Of a stretch of 64,000 nucleotides of DNA, positions 13,041 to 29,922 are shown one piece after another. Made by a program: the position numbers and the translations under genes. How positions within the stretch are numbered: position 1 is the stretch's first letter; the number at the start of each line of letters is the position of its first letter. The notes under the pieces were generated by a model that was not told where the DNA came from, did not search any database, and saw nothing but the letters and a program-made list of their open reading frames with translations. Source of the stretch: the human T2T-CHM13v2.0 reference genome, Homo sapiens; assembly GCF_009914755.1 (NCBI RefSeq), contig NC_060934.1; one strand, 5' to 3'.

Positions 13041-13799
13041 TTAGCCCTTCTGCCCTGTTTTCTCTCCTGTAGCCTGAGGTGTTTGGAGAATTCCACCCAA
13101 TTATGTTGAGGAGCTACTTCTCTGCCCAGGCAGGTCTCTATCCATTTCTAACATTTTCCTTCATGGGTTCACAAACCAGTTTTCATTTTAAAGGTAAGCC
13201 TTCCCTCTCCTCCACTTTTAAAATATTTAAAACTCACAACATTTAAATAAAGGAAAATATAGGTAAATAATGGGGAAGCCCCATGGCCAAGAGCAAATCT
13301 GAAGCATCGTGGCTGCAGGCCCTTCATGGCCAGCATTTTTCCCTGGCTCTGAAGTACATTGGCTGGGAATTCTGGAGTACTGGCACTGTGACCCAGACAC
13401 CATACCTGGGCCTCTGCATCTGCCATCTTCTTTCAGACTTTTCACTGGGAAAGCCTGAGGGGCTGTCCCTCTCCTGTATTGTTTGCTTCAAGGTCCAGCT
13501 CACTTCTTTCAGAAGTTTCTAGACCTTTCTAGAAAAGACTGAGAAGGTTCAAGGTGTACAGGGCTAATAATACTATCACGGAGCTGAATCTGAGGTAAGA
13601 TGTCTGCCACCTACCATTTTTATTATCCCGGGTACCACAGGATTCTCTCATTGTAATGTTTGATTATATAATTGGGTCTCCCTAGACATTGCCAGAAATA
13701 CCTGAAGTCTTATGTGGGTCAGGAGTCCATGGTAGTCAGAAGTAAGACATTTGGCTTTTAGTTCAGTGACTCAGGGGAACATGGAACAGATATGAGTTA

Positions 13800-14000
13800 C
13801 AGCTACTGGGCACCTGACACTTTGCTCAGACATTTAATGGGTTCCCACTTAATCCTTACTGAAACCCCATGAAGTGGATCCTATGACTATGCCTGTAAAC
13901 AGATGAGGACAACAGGGCTGAGAGAGTTAACTCAATGTGCTGGAGTCCCACAGGTGATGAGTGGAGACTCAGGTTACAAACTTGTTCTCTCCCCTGGTCC
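13800..14000 (-). mobile_element. MIR
   Basis: aacagatgaggacaacagggctgagagagttaactcaatgtgctggagtcccacag. Confidence 0.7.
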
Positions 14001-16578
14001 TGCTGACTTGCTGCCCAGTTTGTCACACCCTCTGGCCTATGACCTCTCCCACTGTGGCCACAAGTGCACTTCTGTAGGTATCAGGACCAGATGGGACCAA
14101 TGACTTGAAAGAAATCACTCTGCCAGATATCAGAAAATCTGATCAAAATGTGAGCAAATGAAAGCAACTTAATCATTTTCTCTGACTTAGTTTTTCTGTT
14201 TGTAAAATAGGTTGTTAAGAAGTCTAAGCGAGAAAATCTGCAGAGTGCCTGACACACAGTTCTGTAGGGTCAACTTTAATTAATCCTACATGAGATGGCA
14301 CTCATAAACCACAAAGAAGAGAGACTGCCACATACGGTGTGTTCAATAAGTAATTTTCCTTGTTATTACTAATATTTTCTGACCTTTATTAGAACAATAC
14401 TGAACCTCCTGCTTCTAAAATACCCACCCGCTGTAGAAGTTCCAGTAGCTGTCCTGCTTTTCCAGGACACACTGGGTTACAAATCAGGCATCTGTGGACC
14501 AGTTTAGGATCCTACCTATAATCTTTAATATTATTTGTACTGGAGTAGAAGTGTGTTCTGAGTTCCAAGTAACTGACTTATACGTTGTTTGAAAACAAAG
14601 CCCATTTGTAGCTATGAATACTCCATGGCCTTCAAACACTTGCAGCAGGGTCAGGGGGTGCACAGAATCCTTTGTTCAAATGACATCTTATATGTTAACC
14701 TAAGATATAAAACAGGTTCTGCAATGAGCAAGTACAGTTGAGGAAGAGGGGGTAGAGGTGGCCTAGAGCCTGCACCCCTCACCAGAGTCCTGCCAAGCAT
14801 GGTATAAGACTCATCTCATACTATTATCAGCTTGAACTTCTAAAGACAAGCCGGATTATTTGGTTTATTGAGAATGGTTATGTGTCCATCATACGGGGCT
14901 ACTTACGACACATGAAATGCCTTTAGCTGGAGGCTCTGTCTTATTTTTAATATGCCTCTGTTAAGCAGAAGTAATCATTTCATGATCATGGCAAGTTAAT
15001 GGGGTTACTTTGCTGAACCCTGAGATATTACCAATATTACTTCCCATGGATCAAACAAAGTAGATCAAAGTCAAAGTTTTCAAAATCCTCCTGCAAAAGG
15101 AAATTTCTCCAGGCAAAACTTTGAGGTTTTCACAGTTTTGAAAAGTAGCCTTGACTCTCTTCTAGTCACGACAATATAAAAATCCTTTTATTTGTGCCAG
15201 GCAGGAATATATTTCTCCTCAGAAACTATTTTATAGATTACAGGTCATTTTCTACTTTCTTTTTTATTCCTGTAGTAATTATCTTCCTTTAAGAAAATGT
15301 TAGCACAGCGTTCAGTAGGCATGTTGAGGCAGATAAGCCGTGCAAGCCAACCCAGCTATAGAACAGAGTTGTTTCTGCAAGCCTTCTAAATCCCAGGACC
15401 CACATAGTTAAATGTCAGGGCAGCATTGCATTCAAGAAGCCATAGTCTTGTGGCCAAAAAAGTAATTAAAAAGGAATTCCAAACCCTACCAGGCCTCCTC
15501 AAAACTGGGACAGGGATCCAAATTCAGTCTACAGCAACAATTTCTTCTCTCACCAGCTCCCTGCACCCACCCACCTGCTAGGTTTCTGGAGCGTCTCTCT
15601 CTCCATAGGTCTTCTGTGCTTTTCTTCACACCAGCCCTGCACTGAGGTGGCAATTATAGGACTATCTTGGTTGGGCAAAGGAATGGTGGTGGGGAGGAAA
15701 GTCTGAATAGCCTCTCTTCACCTTAATAACTTTGGCCTGAGGTTTGCTGTGTTCTAAATTATATCCTCATTATTGCCTGATTTTGTGCAATAGTACAAAT
15801 AGATTATACAACCTGGCGTACTTCACTGAACCAGCTAGTTCAGTGAAGCAATATTTAGTTCTGTTACTTTACAAGTTCTTAGTAGCCCAAATGGCAAAGA
15901 AAATCAGATCCCAGTAACAATAAGAGAATTATTATGACCACTCTTTCTCATAGGATAAATAAGAGACTCCATGTATTCTTCTATTTGCACGTTTAATCCA
16001 TTGTCATTAAGGTTAAATTAAATAAAGTTATTACTCTGAAAATGCAATGAAAGACTTCTGGTTTCTAGTCTAACATGTAAGGAGATTGGAATAAACCACC
16101 TGATACTAACACGTAAAAAAGCTAAACAACTAGAAAAGTCAATGAATCTTAGATCTGTCAGAAAAGTAAGTGCACAGGGCAAAAAGCTGTCGCCCAAATT
16201 GGAGAGACAGGCAGGTGGATACAGAGAATCACAACTTATCAGAGTAGAAACCCACAAGCAGAAACTTCTCTGTGAACAAGTGCAAGGATAGGAAAACCTA
16301 ATTGTAACTGAAAGTGTTGAAGGAAAAAACTCACCAACTAAGAATTCTACATCCTGCAAAATTATTATTCAATAGTAAAGGAGAAATAAGGACTTTCTTA
16401 GATAAACAAAAATTGAGGGAATTTGTTGCCAGTAGACCTGCCTTGCAGGAAATGTTAAAAGGAATTCTTCAGAGAGAAGGGAAATGATATAAGTCAGAAA
16501 CAGGGATCTGAATAAAGGAAGGGCATCAGAAAATAATTAAGTGAAGGTAAAATGAAAACTTTTGTTTTTCTAATTCTT

Positions 16579-16830
<252 letters not shown>

Positions 16831-18480
16831 CTAATTCTTAATTGATCTAACAGATAACAGTTTATTCAAAATAATATCACCAATCTACTCGATAATGTAT
16901 GCTTACATTATATAAATATGTATTCCTATGTATGCTTACGTTATGTAATATATATATTCCTATGTATGCTTATGTATAAGTGAGAAGAATGACAGCAATG
17001 ATACAAGAGATGGAAAGCAAGAATTAGGAATATTTTGTTATTATAAGATACTTACACTACCTATGAAGTGGTATAGTGTTATTCGAAAGTCGACCTGGAT
17101 TAGCTGTAAAGGGATAGGGCAAACTCTAGGGCAACCATAAAAAAAAAAAAAAAAGAAGCATAACTGACATACTAAGAAAAGAAAGAAAATGGGATCATAT
17201 GGAATGTTCAATTAGAATTACAAAAGGCAGAAAAAAGTGTAGAAGACAAAAAAAGGAGTGAAGAAAAAGGGCACTAAATAGAAAACAGTAATAAAGATGG
17301 TAGATGATAATTCAACTATATCAATAATCATTTCAAATATCAGTGTCTAATACAGCAATTAAAAGACAGAGATTGTCAGAGTGAATCCAAAACAAAACTC
17401 AACTATATCATGTCTACAAGAAACCCACTTTAGCTATGAAGACACATATATATTAAAAGTAAAGGAATGGAAAAAGATATACCATGTTAACACTAATCAA
17501 AAGAAAGTAAGAACAGCTTATTAATTTCAGACAGACCCAACTTTAGAACAAGAAAAGTAATCAAGCAGGAAAAAGAGGAGCATTACATAGGGATAAAAGG
17601 TCAATATTCCAGGAAGACATAACAATCTTTAATGTGTATGTACCTAACAAAAAGAGTGTCAAACTCCATGAGGCAAAAAATGACTGAACTATAAAGAGAA
17701 ATAGATGAATCCATTACTATAGTTGCATACTTCTACACTCCTCTACCAGAAATGGACAGATACAGCAGGCAGAAAATCAGTAAGGACATAGCTAAACATA
17801 ATACCACCATCAAAACACTGGATATAATGGAAAGCTATAGACTACTTCATCTAAAACCAGCAAATTATATATTTTCTTAAGCTCACATGGGGCCTTCACT
17901 GAGATAGACCACATTCTGGGGCCATAAAACCCATCTTAACGTATATAAAGCAATAAAAATCATACAATCTCTGCTTTCAGTCAACAGTGGAATTAAACTA
18001 CAAGTCAATAACGGAAAGTTAAAAAAATCCCAAAATACTTGGAGATGAAGCAAGACTTTCAAATAACACATGGATCAAAGAAGAAATGGCATGAGAAATT
18101 TAAAAAAACATTTTGAAGTAAGTAAAAAGAAAATACAACTTAGCAAAACTTGTGGGATGTACCACAAGCAGCATTTAGAGGAAAATTAATGCCATTAAAT
18201 GTATATATCAGAAAAGAAGAAAAATCTGAGATTAATAATAATTTAACCTTCCATCTTAGGAAATGAAATGAAGAACAAATTAAATCCACAATAAGCAGAA
18301 GAAAAGAAATACTAAAAACTAGAGCAGAAATCAATGAAATTGAAAACAATAAATCAACAGAGAAAGTTAACAAAACCCAAAACTCATTCTTTGAAAAGAT
18401 CAATAAAATCAATAAATTTCTAGCTAAGCTAACTAAGAATAAAATAAAGAAGACAGAAATTAATCATATTAGAAATTAAG

Positions 18481-18650
18481 TTGGGCATGCTGGCACATGC
18501 CTGTAGTCCCAGCTACTTGGGAGGCTGAGGCAGGAGGATCACTTGAGCCCAGGAGTTCCAAGTTTCAGTAAGCTATGATCATGCCATTGAACTCCAGCCT
18601 TGGCAACAGAGTGAGACCCTGTCTCTAAAAAAATAATAATAATAATAAAC
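18481..18650 (+). mobile_element. FRAM/AluJ right monomer
   Basis: ggaggatcacttgagcccaggagttc monomer with A/AAT tail. Confidence 0.85.
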
Positions 18651-18740
18651 ATTACCTATGTAACAAACCTGCACATTCTTCACATGTATCCTGGAACTTT
18701 AAATAAAATAACAATTTAAAAATAATAATAAAATACAAAA
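18650..18740 (+). mobile_element. Extreme 3' tip of a primate L1 after the monomer tail
   Basis: acctatgtaacaaacctgcacattcttcacatgtatcctggaactttaaataaaa. Confidence 0.75.
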
Positions 18741-18859
18741 GAAATTAAAGAGGGGACATCACCTTAGATCTCATAGATCTTAATAGGATAATAAAGGAAT
18801 ATTATGAATAATTTTATATCCACAAATTTGATAACCTATGTAAAATGAAGTAATTCCTT

Positions 18860-19223
18860 TGTCTCAGTCTATTTTGTGTTGCTATAGCAGAATACTAGAG
18901 ACTGGTAATTTGTTAAAAAAAAGAAAAGAAAAGATTTATTTGGCTTATCATTCTGATGGCTGGAAAGTTCAAGATTGATCATATGCAGAGATCACATGAT
19001 GAAAGAGGAAGCAAGAGAGAGGGGAAAGTTGCCAGGCTCTTTTTAACAACCATCTGACAGGAAATAATAGAGGGAGAACTCACTCACCCCTGAAGGAAGG
19101 CATTTATCTATTTATGAAGGACCTAACCCCATGATCCAAACACCTCCCATGAGGCCCTACCTCCAATACTGGAGATCAAATTTCATACAACAGTACAAGG
19201 GTACAAAAATCTAAACCACAGCA
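18860..19223 (-). mobile_element. MST (MSTB-like) MaLR solo LTR
   Basis: tgtctcagtctattttgtgttgctata...ccccatgatccaaacacctccca...ccacagca; host L1 resumes on the other side. Confidence 0.8.
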
Positions 19224-19719
19224 TTCCTTGAAAGACAAAATCTGACAAAATTCACACAAGAAAAATAGACAATCTGATTAGAGCTACTGTTACATAAATT
19301 AAATCAATAATTAATAACATTTTAAAACATAAAGCACCAGGCCCAGATGGGTTACTGGTAAATTTTACCAAACACTTAAGAAAGAAATTATACTAATTCT
19401 CTACATTATTTTTCAGAGGATGGAAGCAGAGAGAATACTTCCTAACTCATTCTGTGAGCCCAGCATTACCTTAATATCAAAACCAGACAAAGACATTACA
19501 AGAAAAGAAAACTGCATACCAGTATCTCTCTAAAACACAGATGCAAAACCTTTAACAAAATATTAGAAAATCAAATCCAAATATTTATACGAAGAATTGT
19601 ACACCATGACCAAGTGGGATTTATTTCAGAGATGCAAGGCTGGTGCAACATTTGAAAATCAATTAACATAATTCACCACAGAACATCCTGAAGAAGAAAA
19701 AAATCACACAATCATATCA

Positions 19720-20117
<398 letters not shown>

Positions 20118-23100
20118 TCAGCAAACTAGGAAGAGGGAACCTTCCTTAACTTAATAAATAACACTGACAAGAAACTTCCCTCTAAGATCGGGAACAAGAA
20201 AAGGATATTGCCTCTTCCCTGCTTTTCAACATCATACTGGAAATTCTAGCTAATGCAATAAGGTAAGAAAAGGAAATAGGTATAAAGATTAGGAAAGAAG
20301 AAAGAAAACTATTTTTGTTTGCAGATGACATCATCATCTATGCAGAAAATTTAAAAGAACGGACAAAAAAACTCCTGGAACTAATAAGTAGTTATAGCAA
20401 GGTTGCAGGGTACAAAGATAATGTACAAAAGTCAATTACTTTTCTATATAGCAGCAATGAACAAGTAGAAGTTGAAATTAAAAACACATTACTGTTTACA
20501 TTAGCAATCCCGCAAAGTACTTAAGTATAAATATAACAAAATATGTATAAGATCTACATTAAGAAAACCACAAAACTCTGATGAAAGATATCAAAGAATT
20601 AAATAAATGGGAGATGTTCAGTTCATGAAAAGGAAGTCTCAATATTTTTGATATGTTGGTTCTTCCCAGTTTTATCTGTGGATTCAACACAATACTAATT
20701 GAAATTGCAGCTAGTTATTTTGTGGATATTGACAAACTGGTGCTAAAGTTTATATGAAGAGGCAAAAGACCCAGAATAGCCAACTTAATATTGAAAGAGA
20801 ACAAAGATGGCTTTGACACTACATGGCTTCAAGACTTTTTGTAAAACTAGTAGTCAAGGCAGGGTGTTATTGGTGAAAGAATAGGTAAACCAGTCAATGA
20901 AACATAAAAAAAGATCCGGAAATAGATCCACATAAATACAGTCAAAACAATCAATGAAGCAGAAAAAAATGATCCAGAAATAGGCCCATATAAATACAGT
21001 TGACCAAAAGCAAAGGAAAACCAATGGATCAAAGATAGAATTTTCAACAAATCGTGATAGAACAATTGGATATCCACATGTAAAAATAATGAATCTAGAC
21101 ACAGAACTTACACCCTTATAAAAATTAACTCAAAATAAAATATACGCCTAAATTTAAAAACAAAACTATGAAACTCCTAAAACATAACATAGATGAAAAT
21201 CTAGATGACCTTGGGTGTGACAATGACTTTTTAGACACAACACCAAAGGCACAATCCTTGAAAGAAATACATGGTAAGCTGGACTTCACTAAAATTAAAA
21301 ACTTCTGTGAAAGACAATGTCAAGAGAATGAGAAGACAAGCCACAGGGTCAAAATATTTGCAAAGGATACATGTGTTAAAGGCATACTACCCAAAATATT
21401 CAAAGAACAACTAAAACTTACCAAGAAGAAAATGAACAAACCAATTAAATGATAGGCAAAAGACCTGAACAGACACCTTACCAAAGAAGATACTCAGATG
21501 GGAAGTAAATTTATGAAAAGCTGTTCAGCATCATATGTCATCAGGGAATTGCAAATTAAAGCAACAATGATATACCACTACATATTGATTAGAATGGCCA
21601 AAATCCAGAACATTGACATCACCAAATGTGATGAGGATGTGGAGCAACAGGAACTCTCATGCACTGTTGGTTGGAATGTATAAATGGTATAGCCATTTTG
21701 GAAGATAGCTTGGCAATTGCTAAGAAAACTAAAAATACTCTTACCATACAATCCAGTGATTGTACTCCCTTGTATTTTCCCAAGTAAATTTAAAACATAT
21801 GCCCACACAAAAACCTGCACATGGATATTTATAGCAGCTTTATTCATAACTGTCAAAACCAAAATGTTCCTCAGTAAGTGAATGGGTAAATTGTGGTACA
21901 TCTAAACAATGAAATATTATTTTGCACTAAAAAGGAATGAGCTAACAAGCCATGTAAAGACATGGAGAAAACTTAATCAATAATGCAAAGTAATAATTAT
22001 TGCATATTGCTAATGAAAGAAGCCAATCTGAAAGCCTACATACTCTATGATTCCAACCATATGATATTACAGAACAGATAAACCTATTGAGACAGTGAAA
22101 AGATGAGTGGTTGCCAGTGGTTAGGGAAGATGAATAGGCAGAGCACAGAGGTTTTTAGGTCAGTTAAACTAATATGTGTGACACTACAGTGGTGGACACA
22201 TGCCATTCATTTGTCAAAACCCATAGAATGTACAAAACTAAGTGTGAACCCTAATATAAACTATGTACTTTGGATGATAATGACATGTCAATGTAGGTTC
22301 ACTGATTGTATAAATGTACCACTGTGGTATGGATGTTGATACTGAGAAGGTTATGCATGTGTGGGGGAAATGAATATATAGGAACTTCTGTACTTTCTGC
22401 CCAGTTTTGCTATGGACTTACACTACTCTTAAAAATAAATGTCATTGATTAAAGAATAGCTAGAGAAGACCAAAACCAAAGGGAGGAAACTGGATAGTGA
22501 TTTGCAAAGTTCAGATTCTATATTTAGTTATTTCACTATCTAGATAACTTTGGACAAATCTTAACCTCATTCCATCTCAGTTTCCTTTCAAAATAAAGAT
22601 TGTGAACTAGATAAACTCAAATATCCCACTAAGTCTTAAACTGTGTGATTCTATGTACCAGTATTTTTTAAAAGTGAATGCATTAGAATTCCACCAGAAA
22701 TCCTAAATCAGAGACCAGTAGCAATATTGAAAGACATTCATATGTGAAATAAAATCAAGATGAAAACATAATTGAACATTCTCTCAAGCTAGTTTTATAT
22801 TCTCCAATGTTCTGCCTACTACTGCTTGAGTAATGTTGTTGAATAAAAATTAAAAGGCCATAACAAAAAAAAATCCAGTGAGAGGCAGATGCTAGATAGT
22901 AAAACTGTAAATTCCTCTTTTTGCTCTGATGATGGGAAATTAGTGAAATTGTGAAAATTGACAATGATTTGGGGTAAGAAATACCTCTTAAATTTAATGA
23001 TTGACCCCTAGAAATCAGAAAAGTTTTCAGAAAAGAAGTCAACTGGAAGACAAGTCAACTGGAAATTCCTATGAACAACTTCTAGACTATATTTTCATTT

Positions 23101-23139
23101 CTTGCTAATCATATTCTTATTTATTTAAAAATGAGACTT

Positions 23140-23600
23140 TATATATGCCAGTACTGAAGATTCAAAAGAATTGATAAAATAGTCCCTGGCTTCAAGAAGC
23201 TCCTACTCTGGTCTATAGTTATAGACCAGCATAGTTACAGACCAGCAGACTCCAGAATGCTGTGTTATAAGTAATCTGGAAGGAAGCTTGCATTGTGGAA
23301 GCACAAAGTGAGGAAAGATCAAGTCTTCCTGTAGGTAGAGGGTCAGGGGACACCACACCAAACAAAGAAGACTAGCAAGGATAAGTATGCATAATGGCTG
23401 AAAGGTATGAGTGTGCATGATGGCTTTAGGAAACTATGAATACCCAGTGAGGCTGAAATAAGGGAAGCAGGGAAATAAGATTGGGGGTGGAGGTGAGGAT
23501 TTACAAGATGTTTCTGAAGGACAGGAGCAAAGTGGTCTGGCTGCAAGAAAAGGTTATGGTTAAAGGAATAAGGAAAACTAACATTAATTCTTTATCCTGT
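23140..23600 (-). mobile_element. L2 fragment
   Basis: atagtccctggcttcaagaagctcctactc...ggctgaaataagggaagcaggg purine-rich L2 pattern. Confidence 0.5.
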
Positions 23601-26600
23601 GAAACACAAATACCCAGTTAGTAGACTGGGCTCTACCACAATCTGAAGCCTTACCTCCTAGATCCTTGAGTGGCTGCCACCTCCACAAACTCCTTCGTTT
23701 TCTGTAACTCAAGAGAGAGCTCAGGAATCAAGGACTTGACACATGGCAGAGGCCCTAGGTGTCTTGAGCCAGGGAACCTCGGACTGGAAGGAGTATTCTA
23801 TTTCCAAGTGGTGAGAAGGGGCCATAAAGAATTCAAATTTTTCCTCGATATTGAGTTCCTTGATGTTTGTAAAGTTTCACCTGTCCTTTAAAAAAGTTAT
23901 AATTTGAAAGAAATAAATACTCAAGTCTCTATGTACATAGAATATCTTTTTCAGCAGTAGAATAGTAATCTCCACAAGACATTTTACAAGGAACTGAGGT
24001 AATACAAAGTACTATTTATTAAAAAATTGCCCCCACCTTTTTACTTTTACTTTTTACATTATCTTTATAATATCAGCTCGCCTTTTTTTCCCACTGTGCT
24101 TTTTAAAGACAAGACTAGAATAAGTGCAAAGAAATACACCACATTTAACAACATTTGAGTCTGTTAAGGGCACTGGCTTTCCGTTCTGGCATTAACATAA
24201 TTTGATATTTGACCATGGGTAGGGCTTTTGACAGCTCTGAGCCTTGATTTCTCTATCAGGAAATAGATGAAGGTGATCTCTTAAGTTCCTTCCTGCTCAA
24301 ATATCCTGTGGTCTTATCCATCTTTGCATCTCTTTTGAGAAGCATTGTGCTTGACGCATAGCAGATGCTTAATAAATATCTTGAGTAGATGAGTGTGGGG
24401 TAGTTTGCTGCTATTCTCAATAAAGAAAATGTAGTTGGAACTGCTTTGCTCCCACTTCTGTTGGTGCATGAAGGTTAGGATAAGCATATACCCTATCAAA
24501 GGGAATAGTCATTACTATTGTCTTACAGGCAATTGGCCTTGGTTTTCCACAACCAATTAAAACCCTTTTAAAATGCTATGGTGGCCAAAAAAATAAACAA
24601 ACAAACAAACAAACACACTTCTGGGACCTGTATTGAACCCATACAGCAAATCTATCCTGCAAGAAGTTGAATGTATGGTTTGAATTTGGAAATGAGTATA
24701 CTGTGCAGATGCAACTCACACCATCTTGTTTTTCAGAGGTGCGTGTGTACATATGTACTCACATGAACTCCTACCTGCTATGTGCCAAATCAACAGTCAT
24801 GAGATGGCAATGATAATTTCCTATGAGGCACATCAGAGACTGGCAGAAATGATCCATGTAATGGATACTCTAAGATCCGAGAAGAACATTCCAGTGCAAA
24901 GGCACACAGTTAGATAGAGCATCCTGTTGGTTATGTGTCTCTCCTCAAACTCATATCAGTGTGCCTTGCACAGACTAAAATGCAAAGACATGAAATTGCA
25001 GCTGTTCAATCTGTAGTGGTAACTGGAAAGGCAAAGCCAAAGGGGCAAATCACAGCAATTCAGAGTTATACACATGAAGTCAGGAAGCAAGACAAGAGAG
25101 GACAGTAGGATGGCCAGGAGACAGAAGATGTACAAGAGAACTCATAAAAGATTTTAGTAATTACAACTTAAACATATGGAGAAATAGGGTAGGTATAGGG
25201 CCAATTCTTTCAAAGAGTTTAAGGTGCCATGTAAATCTTTAGAGAAACCATAGCATGAGTAGAAATCAATGGGCCCTTTCAGTCTGAAGACTAATGTCTT
25301 TCTCTAGCTCTGGGAAATATAAAAATATTTCCTCCTTTCAGTTTGTCCTCTCTTTTGTGGGTCTCTTATTAGAAAGAGTGGACCTCCTTTGGAGATTTAA
25401 GAATCTATCCTCAAAGACTCTTTCCTTTCTCATGCCTTCTGTCTCTTTGTCCTTTTGAACTGTGTTCTGAAAAAAAAAAGTCCTTCCATTTGATCCTCCA
25501 GCTTACTATTTAAGATTAAAATGTCAGTTAAACCTTTTAATTATGATCATCATAGTTTAACTCCCAAGAGCTCCAATTGTTTTATTCTATAGTGTGTTCT
25601 TGTTTTAGAGATGTAATATCCTCTCTTACTCCTCTGAATATTACATATTTTTTAAAAGTCTTCTTCTGTTTGTTCTATTAGCTCAATTTATTTAGTTTTT
25701 AGCGTTTTTGTTATTGAGTTTGTGGTTTCTCTTTCATGGTATTGGTTTTCTTCAATGGGTTCCTTGGTTGCAATTTAAGTTTTGTATCTGTGATCCACTA
25801 GGCCCCTGTCTCTCCATGCTCTTTCTGCGAACTGCACCATGCCTCTGGTGATGGAGGCCAGGTCAACTGAAGAGCAAATTGTATTAAGGGACATGTGCTG
25901 CCAGTAGCTTTTCATCTCAATTTACAAGTTCTCTGTTCTTTTTGAGTTTAAACTTTTATCAAAATTACATCTATATAATAGTTTGAAGACTCAAATAAGA
26001 CTAGAAGCCATGTCACAAAAAGAGCAGTGCCCAGTGTCCCACCCTTTGACTTCTTGACCAGTAGGAGGCAACTATTTTAAGATGATTCTTTCGGCATTTA
26101 TCACCTTATCTCTACGTAACTTGCTTATATTGGTACTTCTTGATTTTCTCCACAATTTCAGGCATTACAGTACCTATAGAATTCACACTATAAAATATGA
26201 GGGCTTAATCTCTCTTTCAACCCACCCTACCTATAGTCCCATAATTTACACACAACACAATGCACACAACAAATATACTCACATCCTCTCTGTTCCCCAC
26301 TGTTTGAAATGTGGTTTCATTACATTTTACTTAGCTAAATATATGGTGCTGTCATTGTTATGACCGTGTAAATACCATGCACAACTGAGCCATAAACAGT
26401 AGTACACTATGATTGCTGTTATCTTTTGTGGCTTTTGTTTCCACTACTGTTAATTTTTTCTTTTATACTCTGTTTGCTCTTCTAAGAAGTTATCATTATT
26501 CAGACCCCAGACTTCCTACCATCTAAAGATCTCCTCAGTATGAATGGATGCATCAGGTATTTTACCAATTTCATCTTGAAGAAATTTCCTCTAGAGCTCC

Positions 26601-27358
26601 TGACCTATACCAATCTGGACTGGCTGCATTTCAGTCCGGTACACAGTTGCCATACTGGGACCTCCCTCTAACTGTATCTCGAAATCCCCTTTGCTGCTTT
26701 CTTGTGTTGGATTCCACTGTCTGTATCCCATAAATTCCTCTTTTTTTGGTTTACTTCTCCATTTTAGTGAAGCACATCTTCCAGTAAGTATCTGAGAAAG
26801 GATGCATGGCAGGTCAATAGTTGGGGAATCTCAGAGATCTCAAAAGTCTCTTTATTCTATTATCACATCTGTTTGATATTTTGGTTGAATATGGGATTTT
26901 AGGATGCACATAGCTTTTCTTCAAGATTTTAAAGGTGTTGCTACATTGCCTTCTTGTTTCCAATGTTGCTATTTGGAAGACTGAAGCCATTCTGATTCCT
27001 GATCCTTTATCAGGAACATTCTCCTTGCCCTTCTGAAAGCTTAGAGAATATTTTTTTTGTGTTCTGATATTTCACAATAATCAGTCTGGGCTTATTTTAA
27101 ACCATTGTGTTGGAGACTTGTGAAATCATGACAATGTAGAAATTTATATTCCTTATTATAAGGAATGTCCTTGAATTATTTTATATTTAATTTCTTTGCT
27201 TTTATTTTCTGTTTTTGAAACTTGGATGATGAATTCTTTGAACCAGTCTTTAATTTTCTAATCTCTTTTCTATTTTCTATACTCCTGCCTTTTGCTCTAC
27301 ATTCTGGAAGATTTCCTCAAGTTTATTTTCCAACCTTTCTATTGGGTTTCAGAAACCT

Positions 27359-27405
<47 letters not shown>
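27359..27405. repeat. (TG)n microsatellite
   Basis: Direct reading. Confidence 0.95.
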
Positions 27406-27409
<4 letters not shown>

Positions 27410-27579
27410 ATTCAAGAGCTCTTTTAATTTTCTGAACATTCTTTTTAAATTTCTTCCTGTTTTTCATTCATGGATTCAATATCTTCTCATGTCTCTGGGG
27501 ATATTAATGTTACTTTTGAAGTCTTCTACCTGAATTTTTTCTATTTCCTCTCATTTGTTTTGTTGTTTTTTATTTTGAC

Positions 27580-29250
<1,671 letters not shown>

Positions 29251-29251
29251 A

Positions 29252-29910
29252 GTGGCTTTGGTCTAATTGTGTGCCTTAAGATTTTGGTTTTGATCATTTT
29301 AAGAAGACATTTATAGTGCCTTGACATAGGCCAGTCACTGCGCTGCAGACAAATATCATGTCATTCCACAGTCATCAGCCCAGGGAGACAGTGCTAGTAT
29401 TTTCCCAGTTTCACAGCTGGGAAACGGAGGCTCTGAGACGCTGAGTGACTTGTCCAAGGTTCTGAGACTTGGAAGGGCAATGTTGACATTTGGATCCAGG
29501 ACTCCGAAAGCGTGTGTGTACAACTACCATGCCACCCTGCCTGCCCAGGTACCTCAGCCTTTCCTGGAGGACTTGGCAGCTCCTCAGCTTCTGTGGGTTT
29601 TTAGGAAGTGGCTCAGCAGCAGAGTGGGAGGCAGCGGGAACTCCCCATGGAGCAGCACTGGCCAGCAGCAGGGCCAGGCTCATCCCCCACCTTCAAGGGC
29701 GGAAGCCAAGGCTGGAAAGACAGCTGTAAATCCCACAGCTGCCTGCTGCCAAGCTGGTAGTGGGTGTAAGGAGGGGAGCAGGGAGGCTCTCGGGGTCCAA
29801 AAGCCAGTTCCCCTGGGCCAGTGTCCGTGATTCCAAAGGAGGGAGCTGATGGGGCATCCGGGAGCTGCCGGGGAGGAAGGGAGTGGAGAGATAGAGCACT
29901 ATTCTGGGAA
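29252..29910 (-). repeat. Inverted duplication copy B of 2410-3060
   Basis: Direct reverse-complement alignment. Confidence 0.95.
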
Positions 29911-29922
29911 TAGGAAAAAGAT

